From NCBI GenBank assembly GCA_963845565.1, contig CAWJSJ010000002.1, forward strand, positions 608,001-672,000: a stretch of 64,000 bases of DNA, given 5' to 3'. Within the stretch, counting starts at the first letter, position 1. Every line of letters starts with the position of its first letter. Of the stretch, positions 36,013 through 46,061 are shown one piece after another. The notes beneath the pieces are model-generated. The model saw only the letters and a list, made by a program, of their open reading frames with translations, had not been told where the DNA came from and searched no databases. The DNA comes from an uncultured Methylomirabilota bacterium. GTDB taxonomy: Bacteria; Methylomirabilota; Methylomirabilia; Methylomirabilales; 2-02-FULL-66-22. Made by a program: the position numbers and the translations under genes.

Positions 36013-39000
36013 CTAGAACCGCGCTCCCAGTTCATGCAGCTCCTCCCAGGCACGGGTGTTGGCGGAATCCATCGCCAGGACCTCGCGGAGCCGCTGCTCC
36101 GCCTCTGCGCGCCCGTCCGGCCCGGACGCCGCCAGCGAGATCCCCAGATTCAGGCGCCAGGTGATGTTCTCCACGTTGGTCCGGAGGGCCTGGCGGTACG
36201 CCGCCGCGGCGTCCCGATACCGCTGGAGGCGGATGAGCGTCTCGCCGCGCCGCGCGTGGAGCTCCCCGCTGATCTCGCCCAGTTTGGCGGCGGCATCGAG
36301 CGCGTCCAGGGCCGCAGCGTAGTCGCCCAGGGACAACAGCACACGTCCGAGACCAAAATGCACCCGCGGGTCTGTGGGAAGGCCGCGGACGAGATCGCGG
36401 TATTCGGCCTCAGCCTCGTGGTATTGGCCTGCCTGCTGCAACGCATCTGCCAGCGCCACCTGCGCCTCCACCAGTCGGGGATCTTGCTGGCTGATTCTCC
36501 GCAGGACGCGAACGGCCTCGCCCGCTTCCAGGGTCTTCGCCACCTCGATCGCCTCATCCGGCAATCGGACCGGTCCGCCCACCGCGCGCAACAGATCCTC
36601 TGCGGCCGCATGGTACTGGCTGTCCTCGGCCGCGAGGCGCGCCCGCAGCACGTGCGCCTCCGCATCCATGGGCAATCGCTGCAACGCCCGATCGACCCAC
36701 TCGCGGGCTCGCGCCCGGTCGCGCACCGCCCGGTATCCGTGTGCCAGAGCCAACGCCAGTCGCCCGTCGGGGTCCCGCTCCACGTCGGCGTCCTCGACAA
36801 CGGGGGGAACCGCAAAGGTCCGGGTCAGGCGAGCGTTCAGCGTGGTGGTGTCTCGCCCCAGGTTGCGCGGAGCCAGGAACTCCAACCGCGGGAAGTCATC
36901 CAGGTTGTACTCCGCGTCGCCCGCCATCTTGAGCAGGGCCGCCTTGGGCATCAGATACATGGCCAGCAGGCCGTAGCCATCCACAAACCCTAACTCGCGC
37001 AGGTCCTTCCGGGCGACCGGGTGTGCGGCCATGGCCGCGTGCAGGTCGGCGCGGCGCAGCCGCTGCGGCCGGGCCGTCCCGATGAGCAGCATGTCGCTGT
37101 CGTTGACGGACCAGAGCGACACGTCGGGGAACACGTCAGCAAACGTCCGATACACCATCCGCAGGTCCTCGGGGGCCATCCCGTAAGTCTGCATCCACTG
37201 GCCGAAGACCCCGCCCTCGGCGAGCTTCGACAGCGCTTCCTGGTAGTACTCCCGGGTGAACAGGTTGCCGATCCCGGCAATCCACGGATTCGAGGGCTCC
37301 GAGATGATGACGTCGTACCGCCTGCGAGCCGCCAGGAGATAGTTCCGACCGTCGGCGTGGACGAACCGGACGCGAGGGTCGTCGTGGATCCGTCCGTTCT
37401 TGTCGGCGAAGAAGCGGGCGCTCTCGATCACCGCCGGCTCGATCTCCGCCACCTCCAGGCGCTCCACCGGGAACGCCGCGGCCGCCTTGGCGGTCATCCC
37501 GCTCCCCATCCCGATCACCAAGACCGTCTTCGCCCCGGGATTCAGGAGCATGGGCAGGTATCCCACCATGAGCTGGGTCGGCGCGTCGCCGACCGACGCA
37601 TCCACCTTGCCGTTGGTTTTTTCGTACAGGTAGTTGGAGCCGGCGGAGCGGTGGACACTGATGGTCGCGGTCAGGCCTTCGCGGTAATAGACCAGGTCGT
37701 CCCGCTCCATCCACTCGCGCCGCAGGGCGTCGGTGGGGAGCGTGGAATAGTTGTGGGCGTAGATCGTGACGCCGCTGGTCATGATCCGCTTGTCCCAGGT
37801 CCGGAAGGACAAGACCGCCGCGATGGCGACGGCGAACATGACCCCCGCGGTCACGAGTCGGCGTCCGGTGCGAACCCGGGAATCGAGGACGACCAGCAGG
37901 ACCCCGGCGGCCGCGCTGATGGTGACGGCGAGGCCGATGCTGTTCTGCACGCCGAGGGTCGGGATCAAGACAAAGCCGCCGAGAAAGGCCCCCACGATGG
38001 CCCCGAGGGTGTTGCTGGCGTAGGCGGTGCCGATGCTGCTCCCGATCCGGTACAGGCTCTGGGTGTAGATTCGGGCCACGACCGGAAAGGTCGTTCCCAG
38101 GAGCAGCGTGGGCACGATCATGACCAGGGCGGAGAGGACGACCTGGATGATGAGGAACTGCTGGAACGAGTCGCCGAAGCCGTGGCGCAGGCGAAGAAAC
38201 AGGAAGGGAAGCCGCTCGAAGAGCGGGACGGTAGCCAGCGCCGACAGGGCGATGAGGAGCTGGAGCAGGCCGAATCCCGCCACGCCCACGTCCCGGGTCC
38301 CCCACCAGCGGGCATAGAGGAGGCTCCCCAGCCCCAGGCCAACCAGGAACGTGGTGAGCATGACGGTGAAGGAGTAGGTGGACATCCCGATGACCAGGGT
38401 CAGCGCCCGCGTCCAGGCGTTCTCGTACACCATGGCGGCTGCCCCCGAGAGAGCGAAGGCCGAGAGGAGCGCGATGTCCAGGAACGATCGAGATCCGGCG
38501 GGCGCCGGGCCGTCCGCGGGGCCCGCCTCGACCTCCTCTGCGACGGGGTCGCCGCCCCGGAGCCAGAACACCGCAAGGATGACCAGGGCCGCGATGCAGA
38601 GGTTCAAGACGGCCGCCAGCCGGGCGCTCCCGCGCAGACCCAGCACCGGGATCAAGTAGAACCCGCTGAGCGCGCACCCCAGCACCGCCCCCAGGGTGTT
38701 GATGGCGTAGAGGTGCCCGATGCGCCGGCCCAGCGAGGCGAACTGGGTGACGCAGAACCGGCTCAACATGGGCAAGGTGGCGCCCATCAGCGCCGTCGGG
38801 ACCAGGATGACCGCGAAACAGAGGCAGAAGAGCACCAGGCTGAAGAAGGTGAAGGACGTCTCGGCCAGCCCGTACAGCCTGCTGTAGGCATACTGGGTGA
38901 GCGCGAAGAGCGCAGGGATCACCAGGCCGTACAGGCCGACGCCGCCCTCCAGGATCCCGTAGACCAGGAAGGCGTTTCGCGGAGTGTCCGCCAGCCGGCC

Positions 39001-39168
39001 CAGGACGTAGCTGCCCAGCGCCAGGCCGCCCATGAACGCGGACAGCACCGTGGCGATGGCGTGGGTGGTGTTTCCGAAAATCTGGGTGAGCATCCGGGCC
39101 CACACCACCTCGTAGATGAGCGCGGTGGCGCCGGAGATGAAGAACAGTGTGTAGACGAACGGAAGCAA
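36013..39168 (-). CDS. Fused membrane domain / spermidine synthase-like / TPR protein
   Basis: FFISGATALIYEVVWAR, LMGATLP, LYAINTLGA, TNGKVDAS, VLVIGMGSGMT, DGRNYL, ISEPSNPW, C-terminal TPRs. Confidence 0.88.
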   Translation of the reverse strand: MLPFVYTLFFISGATALIYEVVWARMLTQIFGNTTHAIATVLSAFMGGLALGSYVLGRLADTPRNAFLVYGILEGGVGLYGLVIPALFALTQYAYSRLYGLAETSFTFFSLVLFCLCFAVILVPTALMGATLPMLSRFCVTQFASLGRRIGHLYAINTLGAVLGCALSGFYLIPVLGLRGSARLAAVLNLCIAALVILAVFWLRGGDPVAEEVEAGPADGPAPAGSRSFLDIALLSAFALSGAAAMVYENAWTRALTLVIGMSTYSFTVMLTTFLVGLGLGSLLYARWWGTRDVGVAGFGLLQLLIALSALATVPLFERLPFLFLRLRHGFGDSFQQFLIIQVVLSALVMIVPTLLLGTTFPVVARIYTQSLYRIGSSIGTAYASNTLGAIVGAFLGGFVLIPTLGVQNSIGLAVTISAAAGVLLVVLDSRVRTGRRLVTAGVMFAVAIAAVLSFRTWDKRIMTSGVTIYAHNYSTLPTDALRREWMERDDLVYYREGLTATISVHRSAGSNYLYEKTNGKVDASVGDAPTQLMVGYLPMLLNPGAKTVLVIGMGSGMTAKAAAAFPVERLEVAEIEPAVIESARFFADKNGRIHDDPRVRFVHADGRNYLLAARRRYDVIISEPSNPWIAGIGNLFTREYYQEALSKLAEGGVFGQWMQTYGMAPEDLRMVYRTFADVFPDVSLWSVNDSDMLLIGTARPQRLRRADLHAAMAAHPVARKDLRELGFVDGYGLLAMYLMPKAALLKMAGDAEYNLDDFPRLEFLAPRNLGRDTTTLNARLTRTFAVPPVVEDADVERDPDGRLALALAHGYRAVRDRARAREWVDRALQRLPMDAEAHVLRARLAAEDSQYHAAAEDLLRAVGGPVRLPDEAIEVAKTLEAGEAVRVLRRISQQDPRLVEAQVALADALQQAGQYHEAEAEYRDLVRGLPTDPRVHFGLGRVLLSLGDYAAALDALDAAAKLGEISGELHARRGETLIRLQRYRDAAAAYRQALRTNVENITWRLNLGISLAASGPDGRAEAEQRLREVLAMDSANTRAWEELHELGARF

Positions 39169-39191
39169 TCGGCGAGACAGCGCGGCCTGGT

Positions 39192-39632
39192 TCAGGGTGT
39201 CTCCCTCCTCTGACCGGTTCCGTCAGTGGCTCCGGATGCCAGGGTGCGAATATGGGCGACGACGGCGCGAATCTCCTCGTCGGAGAGCTTCATCCCCCAG
39301 GACGGCATGGCGTTGGATCGGCCGAACTGGGAGCTTCCCTTCTTGATGATCTCAAAGAGGAACCGATCTTCCACGTCGCGCATCGCGACTGGATTGCTGA
39401 AGTCCCGCATCGACTGGCGAATCACCTTGGCGCCGGCGCCGTCCCCCTTCCCGGTGGGGCCATGGCAGATGGCGCAATGGGTCTCGTACAGGATCCGCCC
39501 GCGGCCCCCGGTTTGAGAAGGCGGAACCGCCGGCCGCTCGTCGCGCCGAAGGTGTGCGATCCCGAACAGGGCCACGCCTACCGCCAGACCCGCCAGGACC
39601 AGAATGGCATATCGACGGCTGATGAATCGCAT
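39192..39632 (-). CDS. Membrane-anchored monoheme cytochrome c
   Basis: N-terminal TM, CAICHG, distal MPSW. Confidence 0.88.
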   Translation of the reverse strand: MRFISRRYAILVLAGLAVGVALFGIAHLRRDERPAVPPSQTGGRGRILYETHCAICHGPTGKGDGAGAKVIRQSMRDFSNPVAMRDVEDRFLFEIIKKGSSQFGRSNAMPSWGMKLSDEEIRAVVAHIRTLASGATDGTGQRRETP

Positions 39633-39710
39633 GGGAGCCCGATGCTATCCGACCGGGCCCCGGCGGTCAACGGACGTTCGGGGGTGGGTGGAATGACGAG
39701 CGGCCCGGCG

Positions 39711-39905
39711 TCAGACCGGTTTGCCCGGGGCGCCGGCCCGCACGTATCCGAGTGTGCGCAGGTACTGCTCCCCGTCGTTCGACTTGAGGAAATTTGCCAG
39801 GTAGTCCCCGAGGTTCCGCAGCATCTGGGGTGGGATGACAGGGGGAGTGGCAAAGGCGTTCCAGACGAGGATCATGTGATGCATTGTCTTGACATCGTCA
39901 GTCAT
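39711..39905 (-). CDS. Small hypothetical protein
   Basis: GAGGT RBS, 64-aa ORF, no motif. Confidence 0.35.
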   Translation of the reverse strand: MTDDVKTMHHMILVWNAFATPPVIPPQMLRNLGDYLANFLKSNDGEQYLRTLGYVRAGAPGKPV

Positions 39906-40096
39906 CGCAACCTCACTCTATTGGTACGGCACCGTGTCTGTCCCTTTGCGGGATCATCTCAGCAACCGCTCCGGCGAAGGTCTCGCCGACGCTGCGGTGC
40001 AGCCTACGCAAACGGCCGGAAGATGTCAAGGATCGGCGTCAACAGGACTGGCGCCATCGGGCGTGCCCCCCTGTCAGGCACCCGCCGGGAAGTTGC

Positions 40097-40125
40097 TTGA
40101 CACGGCCAGGCTATAGGGCTAGAAA
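40097..40125 (+). promoter_or_regulatory. Putative promoter of the atp Fo genes
   Basis: TTGACA-17 bp-TAGAAA. Confidence 0.5.
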
Positions 40126-40172
40126 AGGTACGTTTTTGGCCGCCGAGGCGCTCGTGCGGCGGGGAACGGCCC

Positions 40173-40397
40173 GTGCCTGACGATGAACCGTCGGTCCTGA
40201 GGCAGCTTGCCCGGCTGAGCACGATCGGCATCGCGCTGGTCGCCGCGACCGCCATCGGGTTGTTGATCGGCTACGGCCTGGACCGGTGGCTTGGCACCGG
40301 GCCGTGGCTTACAATGCTGTTCACGCTGTTCGGAATCGCGGCCGGGTTCCTGAACCTGTTCCGGGATGTCGGGCTGATCGGACGGACCCGCCCATGA
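40173..40397 (+). CDS. AtpZ/AtpI family protein
   Basis: IG.LIGYGLDRWLGTGPWL...G..AGF.N. Confidence 0.85.
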   Translation: MPDDEPSVLRQLARLSTIGIALVAATAIGLLIGYGLDRWLGTGPWLTMLFTLFGIAAGFLNLFRDVGLIGRTRP

Positions 40398-40435
40398 TCC
40401 GGAGCGCCGCGTTACCATCTCTATGCAGATGACTC

Positions 40436-40512
40436 TAAGCCGTTGTCAAAGAATAACTTGGCATAACTTGAGCGGGGAAATTTCGGGAACGCCATTTCGT
40501 AACGGCTCCTAA
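40436..40512 (+). mobile_element. TAA-bounded MITE-like repeat, copy B (shortened)
   Basis: TAAGCCGTTGTCAAAGAAT...ATTTCGTAACGGCTCCTAA. Confidence 0.7.
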
Positions 40513-40529
40513 CAGCGGATTCCTCATCC

Positions 40530-41366
40530 ATGGCAACCGAGGCGAACGAGAAGCCTTCCGGCGGTAAGGGCGTCTGGCTGGTGCTGGCGGGGTTGGTTGT
40601 CGCGAACCTCCTGGTAGGGTTCTTCTTTTCCTCACGCCACGTGGGTCTGCATCACACGCCGGCGATCCAGTTGCCGAATTTCCTTGCGTTCCTCGGGGTC
40701 CCAGGCGAATGGATGCCACCGCACGTCACGTTCACGTGGGTGGTGATGGCCATCCTCGTTGTGTTCGGTTTCCTGGTCGGTCGCAGTCTTCGGGCGGTGC
40801 CGGGCCCCCTCCAGAATCTGGCCGAGGTCGTGGTCGAGGGATTCCACGGGCTGCTGGAGCAGATGATCGGCCGGCAAGGCCGACAGTTTCTTCCCCTCGT
40901 GGGCACCGCAGGGCTGTTCATCCTCACCAGCAACCTGCTGGCAAACATCCCGGGACTCCAGCCGCCCACCGCGAACTGGAATACCACCATCGCCCTGGCC
41001 GTGACCGTGTTTCTGGCCTACAACTATTTCGGCATCAAAAAACACGGCCTGCTGAACTACTTGAAGCACTTCTGCGGTCCGATCTGGTGGCTCGCCCCCC
41101 TGATGTTCCCGATCGAGTTCATCGGCCACCTGGCGCGGCCGGTGTCGCTCTCCATCCGGTTGTTTGGGAACATCTTCGGCGAGGAGAGCGTCGTCACCAT
41201 TCTCCTCGGTTTGTCCTGGTTGGTCATGCCGTACCTCATCTGGCTGGGGGTCATGCTGCCACTCAGCCTGTTCACGGCCGCGGTCCAGACCTTCGTCTTC
41301 ATCATGCTGACCATGGTCTATATCGCCGGCGCAGTGGAAGAAGGACACGGGGAGGAACACCACTAG
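40530..41366 (+). CDS. atpB: ATP synthase Fo subunit a
   Basis: PGPLQN..E, NLLANIPG..PPTA, ARPVSLSIRLFGNIFGEE, VQTFVFIMLTMVYI. Confidence 0.95.
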   Translation: MATEANEKPSGGKGVWLVLAGLVVANLLVGFFFSSRHVGLHHTPAIQLPNFLAFLGVPGEWMPPHVTFTWVVMAILVVFGFLVGRSLRAVPGPLQNLAEVVVEGFHGLLEQMIGRQGRQFLPLVGTAGLFILTSNLLANIPGLQPPTANWNTTIALAVTVFLAYNYFGIKKHGLLNYLKHFCGPIWWLAPLMFPIEFIGHLARPVSLSIRLFGNIFGEESVVTILLGLSWLVMPYLIWLGVMLPLSLFTAAVQTFVFIMLTMVYIAGAVEEGHGEEHH

Positions 41367-41407
41367 CGCGGATAATTCACGAAGGGCTCGTGAATAATCC
41401 GGAGCTA
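41364..41407. repeat. Short inverted-repeat element on the atpB stop codon
   Basis: TAGCGCGGATAATTCACGA-agggc-TCGTGAATAATCCGGAGCTA. Confidence 0.65.
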
Positions 41408-41510
41408 AGCCGTTGTCAAAGAATACGTTGAGCGGAGACATTCCGAAACGGCATAAGGAGCCGTAACGAAATAGAAAGAGATGTATAGGCTATTTCGTAA
41501 CGGCCCCTAA
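41406..41510 (+). mobile_element. TAA-bounded MITE-like repeat, copy C
   Basis: Near-identical to the reverse complement of 58735-58839 and to copy A. Confidence 0.78.
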
Positions 41511-41570
41511 TGACCAATTTCCAAGGACCAATCCTAATCATTCCCTAAACAGGCAGAAAGGAGGGACCGG

Positions 41571-41918
41571 ATGGGCGTACTGGGCGGACGGATAGGCGTG
41601 CTGACGACGGCCATGTTCTTCTTGGCGGCAGGTTCGGCCTGGGCGGCGGAGGGCGCGGCGCAGGCCGGCGGCGGACTGTCGGTCGGAGCGGTCAGCATCA
41701 TCACGGGCGGATTCGCCATGGCAATCGCCTCGGCCGTCGCGGCGCTGGCGCAAGGCCGGGCCATCAGCGCGGCGCTGGACGGCATCGCGCGGCAGCCGAA
41801 TGCGGCCCCTCGCATTCAGGTCGCCATGATCATCGGTCTGGCATTGATCGAATCGCTGGCCATCTACGTGCTTCTCATCGCGCTGATCATCTTCTTCGTG
41901 AAGCCGTTCGGCGGCTAG
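41571..41918 (+). CDS. atpE: ATP synthase Fo subunit c with N-terminal extension
   Basis: AQG...IARQP...GLALIESLAIY; AAGGAGG RBS. Confidence 0.95.
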   Translation: MGVLGGRIGVLTTAMFFLAAGSAWAAEGAAQAGGGLSVGAVSIITGGFAMAIASAVAALAQGRAISAALDGIARQPNAAPRIQVAMIIGLALIESLAIYVLLIALIIFFVKPFGG

Positions 41919-41924
41919 GCAACA

Positions 41925-41964
41925 CGGGGGATCCCGGGCGCGACTCCGGGATCCCCCGATTTTT
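41925..41964 (+). terminator. Intrinsic terminator after atpE
   Basis: CGGGGGATCCCGGG...TCCGGGATCCCCCG-ATTTTT. Confidence 0.8.
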
Positions 41965-41972
41965 GTCGGGGA

Positions 41973-41990
41973 ATGTGCCAAGGTTCACAT
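41973..41990. promoter_or_regulatory. Candidate Rex operator upstream of nuoA
   Basis: ATGTGCCAAGGTTCACAT fits WTGTG-N8-CACAW; rex terminates this operon. Confidence 0.6.
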
Positions 41991-42037
41991 GCCGTGACAC
42001 ACCTCCCGAATAGATCGACTCCTCGGGACTCCACGCC

Positions 42038-42394
42038 ATGCTGATGGACTACGTACCGATCGGCATCCTCGTCCTCCTGGCGTCACTCTTCGCCGCCGGG
42101 AACATCCTCCTGTCGTTCGTCCTCGGCCCACGGCGGCCCAACCCGGAGAAGCTTTCGCCCTACGAGTGCGGCATCGTGCCGGTGGGAACCGCACGGCAGC
42201 GATTCTCGGTGAAGTTCTATCTGGTCGCGATGCTGTTCATCATCTTCGACATGGAGATCGTCTTTCTCTATCCCTGGGCGGTCGTGTTCCACGAACTCAA
42301 GGTATTCGGCCTGATGGCGATGGGGACGTTCCTGGTGATCCTGCTGGTCGGCTATTTCTACGCCTGGAAGAAGGGCGGGCTGGAATGGGAGTGA
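42038..42394 (+). CDS. nuoA: NADH-quinone oxidoreductase subunit A
   Basis: [38 protein letters not shown]. Confidence 0.96.
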   Translation: MLMDYVPIGILVLLASLFAAGNILLSFVLGPRRPNPEKLSPYECGIVPVGTARQRFSVKFYLVAMLFIIFDMEIVFLYPWAVVFHELKVFGLMAMGTFLVILLVGYFYAWKKGGLEWE

Positions 42395-42927
42395 CGGGCG
42401 AGGGGCCGGAGGACCGAGAGTCGAAAGCCGAGCCGGCCGGCGAGGGGTTGGTCCTCCAGCGCCTGCGCGAACAGTTCGGCGACGCGCTGCGGGACGTGCG
42501 GGTCTCGCGTCACGAGATCACCATCCTCCTCGGGGTGCAGGACCTCGTCCGCGTATGCCGCTACCTCAAAGACGACGCCGACCTGGCCTTCGATTTCCTG
42601 TCCTCGGTGACCGGCGTGGACCGGCTCCGCCTTCCCGAGAATTCGCCGCGCTTCGAGGTGGTCTATCACCTCTACTCGATCCAGTTCAAGCGGCGCGTGC
42701 GGCTGAAGGTCCGGGTCCACGAGGGAGAGGCCGTGCCCAGCGTGATCGGGGTCTGGGAGAGCGCCAACTGGCACGAGCGCGAAATCTTCGATCTCTTCGG
42801 CGTGCTGTTCGAGGGCCACCCGGATCTCCGGCGCATCCTGATGCCCGACGACTGGGAGGGGCATCCCCTGCGGAAAGACTATCCCGTGGAGGCCTCCCCC
42901 AAGTGGTGGGAAGAGGAGCCGGCATGA
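42391..42927 (+). CDS. nuoC: NADH-quinone oxidoreductase subunit C
   Basis: [46 protein letters not shown]. Confidence 0.95.
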   Translation: MTGEGPEDRESKAEPAGEGLVLQRLREQFGDALRDVRVSRHEITILLGVQDLVRVCRYLKDDADLAFDFLSSVTGVDRLRLPENSPRFEVVYHLYSIQFKRRVRLKVRVHEGEAVPSVIGVWESANWHEREIFDLFGVLFEGHPDLRRILMPDDWEGHPLRKDYPVEASPKWWEEEPA

Positions 42928-44096
42928 CCGTGGCCCGCACCATGACCCTGAACATGGGTCCACAGCACCCCTCGACGCACGGGGTGCTGCGCCTCGTCCT
43001 GGAACTGGACGGCGAGGTGGTGGTGCGGTGCGAACCGCACATCGGCTACCTCCACACCGGGATCGAGAAGGGACTGGAGAGCAAGCGCTACCAACAGGGG
43101 ATTCCCCTCACCGATCGCCTGGACTACCTGGCGCCCCTCTCCAACAACCTGGCCTACGTCCTGGCGATCGAGAAGGCGCTCGGGATCGAGCCGCCGGAGC
43201 GGGCCCAGACCATCCGCGTCCTCTTGACGGAACTCACCCGGATCAAGAGCCACCTGGTCTGGCTGGGGACCCACGCCATGGACGTCGGCGCCATGTCGGT
43301 GTTCCTCTATTGTTTCCGCGAGCGGGAGCAGATCCTGGATATGTACGAGGCGGTGAGCGGTCAGCGGCTGATGTCCAGCTACTTCCGGGTCGGGGGACTG
43401 CTGGCAGACCTGCCGCCCGGTTTCGAAGCGAAGGTCCAGGCGTTCCTGACGACGTTCCCGTCCCGGGTGGCGGAGTACGAGGCGCTCCTGACCCAGAACC
43501 CCCTGTGGCGGCAACGCACCGTGGGGATCGGCACCATCCGGGCGGCGGACGCCGTCGCGCTGGGCGTGAGCGGCCCGGCACTCCGTGCGTGTGGCGTGGC
43601 CTACGACGTGCGCAAGGCGCACCCATACTGCGGCTACGAGCGATATCAATTCGACGTCCCGATCGGGAAGGTCGGCGACGTCTACGAGCGGTACATCATC
43701 CGGGTTGCGGAGATGCGACAGAGCCATCGGATTGCCATCCAGGCCCTGCAGCGTCTCGCGCCGGGCCCCATCAACGTGGCAGACCCGAAACTGATCCCGC
43801 CCCCGAAGCGACTCCTCAAGACGTCCATGGAGGCGCTGATCCACCACTTCAAGCTCTACTCGGAGGGCTTCACGGTGCCCGCGGGGGAGGTGTACCAAAC
43901 CATCGAATCCCCCAAGGGAGAGTTGGGGGTGTATCTGGTGAGCGACGGGTCCAATCGCCCGTACCGGGTCCACTACCGGGCGCCGTCTTTCGTGAACCTC
44001 CAGGCGCTCCCTCGGATGGTAGAGGGGCGGCTGGTGGCTGACGTCATCGCCGTCATTGGCTCGCTGGATATCGTGCTGGGGGAAATCGACCGGTGA
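42924..44096 (+). CDS. nuoD: NADH-quinone oxidoreductase subunit D
   Basis: [44 protein letters not shown]. Confidence 0.96.
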   Translation: MTVARTMTLNMGPQHPSTHGVLRLVLELDGEVVVRCEPHIGYLHTGIEKGLESKRYQQGIPLTDRLDYLAPLSNNLAYVLAIEKALGIEPPERAQTIRVLLTELTRIKSHLVWLGTHAMDVGAMSVFLYCFREREQILDMYEAVSGQRLMSSYFRVGGLLADLPPGFEAKVQAFLTTFPSRVAEYEALLTQNPLWRQRTVGIGTIRAADAVALGVSGPALRACGVAYDVRKAHPYCGYERYQFDVPIGKVGDVYERYIIRVAEMRQSHRIAIQALQRLAPGPINVADPKLIPPPKRLLKTSMEALIHHFKLYSEGFTVPAGEVYQTIESPKGELGVYLVSDGSNRPYRVHYRAPSFVNLQALPRMVEGRLVADVIAVIGSLDIVLGEIDR

Positions 44097-44106
44097 ACGG
44101 GCCGAG

Positions 44107-44207
44107 TGGCCACAAGAGGCACAAGATGCACAAGACGTGGTCAAGACCGCGAGTCATAGCTCTCCGTAAACTCTGTGCTGTCTGTGCCTCTTGTGCGTTT
44201 TGTGGCC
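44107..44207. repeat. Inverted 9-nt periodic array between nuoD and nuoE
   Basis: GCCACAAGAGGCACAAGATGCACAAGA...TGTGCCTCTTGTGCGTTTTGTGGC; this 24-mer (44183-44206) recurs exactly at 34889-34912. Confidence 0.75.
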
Positions 44208-44258
44208 AAGGGGCTTTGACGGTTGTGGCGCATTGCGGTTAGGGAGTCTGGGCATCGG

Positions 44259-44729
44259 ATGATCTCCGAGACGAAACGGCAACAATTCGACGAATTGGTG
44301 GCGCGCTACCCCGAAAAACGGTCGGCGCTGATCCCGCTCCTCCACGAGGTCCAGGCCGAGGTGGGGTATCTGTCACCGGAGGCCGTGGCCTGGGTGGCCG
44401 AGTATCTCGGGCTCAGCCCCGCGGATGTCATGAGCGTGGCCAGTTTCTACGACATGCTGCACCTGGAGCCGGTGGGCACACACCTGATCTACGTCTGCCA
44501 GAATCTCACCTGCGCGCTGCGCGGGTCCGAGCGGTTGATCCGGCATCTGGAGACGACGCTCGGGATCCGGATGGGGGAGACGACGCCGGACGGGAAGATC
44601 ACGCTCAAGCGAATGGAGTGCCTGGCGTCCTGCGGCACGGCGCCCTCCATCCAGGTGGACGGGATCTATCACCACGAGGTCACGCCGGAGGCGCTGGACG
44701 CGCTGCTGGCCGACCTGCGGCGCGATTGA
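44259..44729 (+). CDS. nuoE: NADH-quinone oxidoreductase subunit E
   Basis: RSALIPLL, VASFY, VCQNLTC, ECLASCG.AP. Confidence 0.95.
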   Translation: MISETKRQQFDELVARYPEKRSALIPLLHEVQAEVGYLSPEAVAWVAEYLGLSPADVMSVASFYDMLHLEPVGTHLIYVCQNLTCALRGSERLIRHLETTLGIRMGETTPDGKITLKRMECLASCGTAPSIQVDGIYHHEVTPEALDALLADLRRD

Positions 44730-44733
44730 ACCG

Positions 44734-46023
44734 ATGAGCTTCGGGAAGGTCCTCACTCGCTACCAGGATATCCCGGGCTACGCCGGGACGATGGACGAGT
44801 ACCTTGCCCAGGGCGGATACCAGGCGCTCGCCAAGGTCCTCCGCGACGGGAGCATGCCGCCCGCGGACGTGATCGAAGCGGTGAAGCGGTCGGGGTTGCG
44901 CGGTCGGGGCGGGGCGGGATTCCCCTGCGGCACGAAGTGGAGCTTCATCCCCAAGGATACGACCAAGCCGAAGTACCTGGTCGTGAACGGGGACGAGAGC
45001 GAGCCCGGAACCTTCAAGGACCGGATGCTGATCGAGGAGGAGCCGCATCAGATCCTGGAGGGGGTGATCCTGGCGAGCTACGCCATCGGCTGCCACCTGG
45101 CGTTCCTGTATTGCCGGGGCGAATTCGTGCAGGGGGCGCGGGTCCTGCGCCGGGCGCTGGACGAGGCCTACGCGCGGGGCTACCTCGGCCGGAACATCCT
45201 GGGGAGCGGGTTCGATCTGGAGGTGGTCCTCCATCGCGGGGCGGGGGCGTACATCTGCGGGGAGGAGACGGGCTTGCTGGAGTCGCTGGAGGGGAAGCGG
45301 GGGCAACCACGGCCCAAGCCGCCCTTCCCGGCCCTCTCGGGGCTGTATCGCTGTCCGACGGTCGTCAACAACGTGGAGACCCTCTCGAACATTCCCCACA
45401 TCTTGCTGCGCGGGCCGGAATGGTACGCAAGCATCGGCCCGGCCAAGAGTACGGGGCCGCGCCTCTTCTCGGTGAGCGGCCATGTGGCGCGCCCCGGCAA
45501 TTACGAGCTGCCCATGAGCGTCACGCTCCGCCAGCTCATCTTCGAGCATGCCGGTGGGATTCCCAACGGGCGGCGACTCAAGGCGGTGATCCCGGGCGGG
45601 TCGTCCTCGCCCGTCCTGACGGAGCAGCACCTGGACGTGTCCATGGACTTCGACTCGCTGGCCGCCGTCGGCTCCATGGGCGGCAGCGGGGCCGTCATCG
45701 TGATGGACGACACCACCTGCATGGTCCGGGTGGGCGAGATCGTCTCCCGATTCTATCACCACGAGTCCTGCGGGCAGTGCACCCAGTGCCGCGAGGGGAC
45801 CGCCTGGCTGCACAAGGTACTGCACCGCATCGAGCACGGCCAGGGCCGGAAGGACGACCTGGATCTCCTGCTCGACATGTGCGACAACATGAAGGGCAAG
45901 ACGATCTGCGTCTTGAGCGACGCGGCGGCCATGCCCATCGAGAGCTATCTCAAACACTTCCGGGACGAGTTCGAGCGGCACGTGCGCGAGCGAGCCTGCC
46001 CTTTCGGAGGCACCGGAAGTTGA
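44734..46023 (+). CDS. nuoF: NADH-quinone oxidoreductase subunit F
   Basis: SGLRGRGGAGFP, DESEPGTFKDR, GAGAYICGEET, ESCGQCTQCREG. Confidence 0.96.
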   Translation: MSFGKVLTRYQDIPGYAGTMDEYLAQGGYQALAKVLRDGSMPPADVIEAVKRSGLRGRGGAGFPCGTKWSFIPKDTTKPKYLVVNGDESEPGTFKDRMLIEEEPHQILEGVILASYAIGCHLAFLYCRGEFVQGARVLRRALDEAYARGYLGRNILGSGFDLEVVLHRGAGAYICGEETGLLESLEGKRGQPRPKPPFPALSGLYRCPTVVNNVETLSNIPHILLRGPEWYASIGPAKSTGPRLFSVSGHVARPGNYELPMSVTLRQLIFEHAGGIPNGRRLKAVIPGGSSSPVLTEQHLDVSMDFDSLAAVGSMGGSGAVIVMDDTTCMVRVGEIVSRFYHHESCGQCTQCREGTAWLHKVLHRIEHGQGRKDDLDLLLDMCDNMKGKTICVLSDAAAMPIESYLKHFRDEFERHVRERACPFGGTGS

Positions 46024-46061
46024 CTGGTTGACCTATCGACGTCCGCGGAAGGAATAGCGGG

